The notes beneath the pieces were generated by a model that saw only the letters and a program-made list of their open reading frames with translations, did no database searches and was not told the origin of the DNA. The position numbers were made by a program, and so were the translations under genes. A stretch of DNA of 64,000 bases from an uncultured Candidatus Binatia bacterium (GTDB lineage Bacteria > Desulfobacterota > Binatia > Bin18): the NCBI GenBank assembly GCA_965200965.1, contig OZ241744.1, positions 1,952,001-2,016,000 on the forward strand. The letters run 5' to 3'. Positions 60,024 through 64,000 of the stretch are shown here, one piece after another. Positions within the stretch are counted from its first letter, which is position 1, and the number at the start of each line of letters is the position of its first letter.

Positions 60024-61700
60024 ATGTCCGCCCTTTCCATGACCGAAAAATTGCGGGTTCTGCTACGCCGCCCGCAGCCCAGCCTAGTCCTTGGAGCCCA
60101 CGATGCGCTCTCCGCCAAGTTGGCCGGAGAAGCCGGTTTTGATGCGATCTGGGCGAGTGGTTTTGGTATTTCTGCGGTAAGCGCCCTCCCTGACGCCAAT
60201 ATCCTCACCATGAGCGAGACGCTCGACGCGGTCCGCCGCATGAGCAACGCGGTCAACATCCCGGTCATTGCCGACTGCGATAACGGCTTTGGTAACGCTA
60301 TTAACGTCATCCGCACAGTCGCCGAATACGAGCGGGCGGGCGTCGCCGGACTGTGCATTGAAGACAATATCTTTCCGAAACGGTGTAGCTTTTACGCTGG
60401 GGTCCGACGCGAGTTGGTTCCCGTTGATGAGCATACTCGCAAAATTCAGGCCGCCAAAGCGGCTCAGAAAGATCCGAATTTTGTAGTGATCGCCCGCACC
60501 GAGGCCTTAATTGCCGGCTGGGGCAAACACGAAGCGCTCAAGCGTGCCGGGATCTACGCTGAAGCCGGGGCCGACGCCATCCTGGTCCATTCCAAGGCGA
60601 CAAACTTTGAAGAACTCCAAGATTTTACCGCCGCCTGGGACAACCCCTGCCCCTTGGTGTGCGTCCCAACGACATACGCCGACACCACCGTCGCCGAGCT
60701 GGCGACAGCCGGCTTCAAGCTGGTCATCTTTGCCAACCAAGTCTTACGAGCGGCAGTCAGTGCCATGCGCCACGCTCTGGCCAGCCTGAAGGCCGGGGGC
60801 CGGCCTGCCGCGGTCAATGATCGTATTGCCAGCCTGCCCGAAATATATGAGTTGGTCGGTCTCCCGGAGTTGCAGGCCAATGAGCAGAAATTCCTGGTGC
60901 CGGACGGTCACCGAGTAACGGCCATTATTATCGCCGCCGGCTTTGAAGAAACCTTGCTGCCGCTTATCGAAGATCGTCCCAAGGCGATGCTGGAGATCAA
61001 AGGCCGGACGATTCTTGAGCACCAGATCAGCGCCCTGAACGCCTGTGGGGTGAAAGATATCGTCGTCGTGCGTGGCTACCAGAAAGAGCAGATCAATCTG
61101 CCCAATATCCGTTACTACGACAACGACGCGTTTCTCGACACCGGAGAGTTAAGCTCGCTGTTTCTGGCCGAGGCGGAAATGTCGGGGCCGTTTCTGTTTC
61201 TGTACTCCGATATTATCTTCGATCCGACCATCGTCGAAAAACTGTTGAAGTCGCAGGCCGATATCAGCATTGTGGTTGATCGGGCGTGGAACGATCAGCC
61301 CCGCTCGGCCGAAGAAATCCAGGCCAATAAGCCGGACTTGGTCATCACCCACCAGCCGCCCCAGACCGGCTATCGCTTTCTGCCCACAACAGAAGGCACG
61401 GCGCTGGCGCGTATTGGCCGAAACTTGGCTGCCCAAGACGCGGATGGCGAGTTTATTGGCCTAGCCATGTTTTCCGAGGCGGGTGCCCAACTCTTGCGCC
61501 AGACCTGTCACACGGCCCGCGAACGGTCTCATACCAGCCGCTTTCACGAAGCAGACGCGCTCCAACAGGCCGCTTTTACCGACATATTGCAGGAACTAGT
61601 CAACCACGGCCATCACGTCGCGTGTGTGGATATCTATAAGGGCTGGCTGGAGATTGATACATTTGAGGATTATCGCCGGGCGTGGGCGAAAATGAAATAA
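60024..61700 (+). CDS. PEP mutase/ICL-family enzyme fused to a C-terminal nucleotidyltransferase (PntC/LicC-like)
   Basis: GAHDALSA, WASGF, DCDNGFG, EDNIFPKRCS, ARTEALIAG, LVHSK, FANQ; then IIAAG..RPK.ML, YSDI, GEFIG, WLEIDT. Confidence 0.85.
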   Translation: MSALSMTEKLRVLLRRPQPSLVLGAHDALSAKLAGEAGFDAIWASGFGISAVSALPDANILTMSETLDAVRRMSNAVNIPVIADCDNGFGNAINVIRTVAEYERAGVAGLCIEDNIFPKRCSFYAGVRRELVPVDEHTRKIQAAKAAQKDPNFVVIARTEALIAGWGKHEALKRAGIYAEAGADAILVHSKATNFEELQDFTAAWDNPCPLVCVPTTYADTTVAELATAGFKLVIFANQVLRAAVSAMRHALASLKAGGRPAAVNDRIASLPEIYELVGLPELQANEQKFLVPDGHRVTAIIIAAGFEETLLPLIEDRPKAMLEIKGRTILEHQISALNACGVKDIVVVRGYQKEQINLPNIRYYDNDAFLDTGELSSLFLAEAEMSGPFLFLYSDIIFDPTIVEKLLKSQADISIVVDRAWNDQPRSAEEIQANKPDLVITHQPPQTGYRFLPTTEGTALARIGRNLAAQDADGEFIGLAMFSEAGAQLLRQTCHTARERSHTSRFHEADALQQAAFTDILQELVNHGHHVACVDIYKGWLEIDTFEDYRRAWAKMK

Positions 61701-62749
61701 AAAGGTACAACTTTGCGCACGAAGACAGTCCGGGCGGGCGCTATGACCTGGAGTGTTTCCGATACGGATGGCGGACGATGGAGCTTGCTCTCAAAAAAAT
61801 TGATCAGATGGTTCAGGACGAATACGCGTTTTTTGTCCACAAAAAACAGGGCTGGAGTTTGACGCGTGGCCCCCAGGACCTGGAGCTTGTAGCGCACGCG
61901 CTGCGGGTTGTCCTGCACGCCCACACGACCCCAGATTTTGTAGACGACTATCTCGCCCTGGTTTCCTGCCAAGCGCGGGATGGGGGTTGGAGTCCATTTT
62001 CGACCGACCGAGAGAGCACGGTGTGGGTCTCGGCCTTTTGCGGACTGATGCTGATTCGGGGCAACCGTTTTTTGCAGCACAATCGTCTCAGTCGGGCCGT
62101 GCAGAGAGCGATTGATTATTTTCTTGACACCCAACACGCCGACGGTCGGTGGGTTGATCCAAGCTGGGCGGACCTCGATACCACTAGCCATCCGGTCAGC
62201 TTCTTCAACGTAGTCATGGCTTTGGGAGAGCCCTATCGATGCTCCGAAGTCGTCCCAGCTTGGCGAAAGGGAGCGCAGTTCATTCTCGACCATCAAGGCG
62301 CAGACGGGGGCTGGTATGACGAAGAATTCCATCCCTCGGGGGTTGAGATCACCGCCCATCTTATTCAAGACGCCCTGATTGCCGACTTGGCTATGAACAC
62401 CCAGCTCAGTGGTGTACGCGAGGCATGCATCAAAGGAGTCCACAAGCTGTACGAATGGCAGGCCGCAGACGGGTCCTGGGACGGGGAAAATGTTGACCAC
62501 AGCATGGACTGTACCCGGTCTTTGATGGTCGTGACCCGTTTGCTAGGGGACGCCCACGGACACGAGACTATTGTGCGCGGCCTGGACTGGATTCTCGCCA
62601 ACAAGAATCCCAACGGTTGGGGCGACTTCCCCAAGCTGGAGACCAACCTGGAGCGGACCTGCGACGGCATTGATACCCTGTTGAAATACAAAGCCTACTG
62701 CAATCCAGACCCCCGGGCGGTCGTTCGGCTATGGGGCTATATCCCCTAG
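61682..62749 (+). CDS. Prenyltransferase/squalene oxidase repeat (alpha-barrel) protein
   Basis: Repeated Q..DG.W motifs (QARDGGW, QHADGRW, QGADGGW, QAADGSW, NPNGWG). Confidence 0.8.
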   Translation: MGENEIKRYNFAHEDSPGGRYDLECFRYGWRTMELALKKIDQMVQDEYAFFVHKKQGWSLTRGPQDLELVAHALRVVLHAHTTPDFVDDYLALVSCQARDGGWSPFSTDRESTVWVSAFCGLMLIRGNRFLQHNRLSRAVQRAIDYFLDTQHADGRWVDPSWADLDTTSHPVSFFNVVMALGEPYRCSEVVPAWRKGAQFILDHQGADGGWYDEEFHPSGVEITAHLIQDALIADLAMNTQLSGVREACIKGVHKLYEWQAADGSWDGENVDHSMDCTRSLMVVTRLLGDAHGHETIVRGLDWILANKNPNGWGDFPKLETNLERTCDGIDTLLKYKAYCNPDPRAVVRLWGYIP

Positions 62750-62797
62750 GACGGCAAGCGGCAATCATCCCCATCTGATGCCTGACGTTTCACCTTC

Positions 62798-63115
62798 ATG
62801 CCTCCAGAGTCAGCCGCCGAATGGCTCAAAGCCTGTTCCACAGCAGAACTGCTGCCCGGAGAACGCAAGCTGGTGAAGGTGAAGGGCGTGGAGGTTGCCC
62901 TGTTCAATCTCAATGGCACGGTGTACGCTATCAACAACCGGTGTCCCCACCGAAGCGGGCCACTGATCCGAGGATTTATCGACGACAGAGGCGGCATCAA
63001 ATGTCCGATGCATGGCTGGCGCTTTGAGTTGCGCAACGGCACCAGCCCGCGCCCAGCTCAGGCAACGGTGTATCCGGTAAAAGTTGAAAACAATATCCTC
63101 TATCTGCGGCTCTAG
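62798..63115 (+). CDS. Rieske (2Fe-2S) ferredoxin
   Basis: CPH...CPMH. Confidence 0.9.
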   Translation: MPPESAAEWLKACSTAELLPGERKLVKVKGVEVALFNLNGTVYAINNRCPHRSGPLIRGFIDDRGGIKCPMHGWRFELRNGTSPRPAQATVYPVKVENNILYLRL

Positions 63116-63193
63116 CCGTTGGGCTAATAAGGGAATACAGTCTGGCGTGTCCTCCCTGTACGAGGTAGACGGCTTTTTCCCGAGAAATCAAAC

Positions 63194-63733
63194 GTGCTCA
63201 GAAAAGCCTCTTTTGAGAAGGAAGCCATTCCGCATTTTGATACCCTCATGCGCACTGCCCTGCGCCTGAGCGGGGACCGGACGCGCGCAGAAGACGCGGT
63301 CCAAGAGACGTATTTGCGTGCCTGGCGTTCCTTTCAAACTTATACGCCATGCACAAACTGCCGGGCCTGGTTATTTCAAATTCTTCTGAATGTCCTGAAG
63401 AAGACGGCCGGGAAAACACGGCGCGACCCCTTGCTCGGTGCCGAAGACATTGACGCTTCCTCAAAAGTCATCGCCCTGTTTCCCTCGGGCGGGGAAGACA
63501 GGAGCAAAGGGCAGGATATTCTTGCCGCGGTCAGCCATTTGGCCCCCCAGTTTCGACAGGTGTTATGGCTGGTCGTGGTCGAGGGATTTGCCTATAAAGA
63601 AACCGCCCAGATGCTCGATATTCCAATCGGGACTGTGATGTCACGGCTACACCGGGCCAGACGCGAGCTGCGGCGTCTCTTAACCGAATCCACCATGCCG
63701 AACAAAAAGGGGACCTCAGGCCATGGACTGTAG
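63194..63733 (+). CDS. ECF RNA polymerase sigma factor
   Basis: AEDAVQET, AWLF, IPIGTVMSRLHRAR. Confidence 0.92.
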   Translation: MLRKASFEKEAIPHFDTLMRTALRLSGDRTRAEDAVQETYLRAWRSFQTYTPCTNCRAWLFQILLNVLKKTAGKTRRDPLLGAEDIDASSKVIALFPSGGEDRSKGQDILAAVSHLAPQFRQVLWLVVVEGFAYKETAQMLDIPIGTVMSRLHRARRELRRLLTESTMPNKKGTSGHGL

Positions 63734-64000
63734 AGCAATGCAGAAACTCCTGAGCCCGTTCCTAGATAACGAGCTCAGCGCTCGCGACACCTTTTCTGTG
63801 GCCGAACATCTCGACGCCTGCCTAGCCTGTCAGCAAGAGCTGGAAGCCATGCGGCAGCTCGATGAGCACCTCAAGGAGGCCGGACACAGCCCAGTCGAGG
63901 TGAGCGCCACGCTGCGGGACACCGTTATTGCTCTGGGCGGACCGTGGACTTGGCTCCGACGCTGGCGTAGCGTCGGGGTGGCCGCCGCCGCCATACTCTT
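63723..64000 (+). CDS. Zinc-finger (zf-HC2) anti-sigma factor, truncated by the window edge
   Basis: MDCRAMQKLLSPFLDNEL...EHLDACLAC followed by the start of a TM; not in the ORF track. Confidence 0.85.
   Translation, partial: MDCRAMQKLLSPFLDNELSARDTFSVAEHLDACLACQQELEAMRQLDEHLKEAGHSPVEVSATLRDTVIALGGPWTWLRRWRSVGVAAAAIL

Noticed and set aside
61682-62749. Squalene-hopene cyclase
   Set aside because: Only about 355 aa (single barrel) and no DxDD motif

Overview
This is a 64 kb chromosomal window from a GC-rich diderm bacterium. The gene content (DUF1844, gnnA-lpxB-msbA-lpxJ-waaA-lpxK, Uma2) looks deltaproteobacteria-like, possibly Binatia; this is inference and should be checked with the 16S gene in the window. 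The housekeeping backbone is tRNA-Pro-surE-pcm-iscS-mnmA-mtaB-rnc-pyrD, fabI, gltA, lexA-hemW, a lipid A/Kdo/core LPS cluster, rsmA-tsaD-TPR-mrcB, larE and a minus-strand rRNA operon (16S-tRNA-Ile-tRNA-Ala-23S) with no linked 5S gene. Four accessory loci stand out. (1) A tightly packed nine-gene minus-strand operon (10468-2822) joins an inositol monophosphatase-family gene, a UGA-recoded DsbA/FrnE-like probable selenoprotein (UxxC, missed by the ORF track), a Tat-exported IorAB-type molybdoenzyme and a non-canonical Sox module (SoxY with an AACGE arm, SoxZ, cytochrome c, SoxF/FccB, fused SoxX-SoxA, no SoxB/CD). (2) A four-gene operon encodes a BpsA-like aminopropyltransferase, a GNAT protein, FkbH and an ACP, with no PKS/NRPS. 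(3) Divergent from it lie a variant PEP mutase-nucleotidyltransferase fusion, a prenyltransferase-fold protein and a Rieske ferredoxin. (4) A lower-GC islet carries two DUF4230-like genes and a Fic gene. Also present are a glucan-phosphatase-like dual-specificity phosphatase, several decayed genes, and several genes that appear to be transcribed as leaderless mRNAs. All assignments come from reading motifs by eye; no database search was run.
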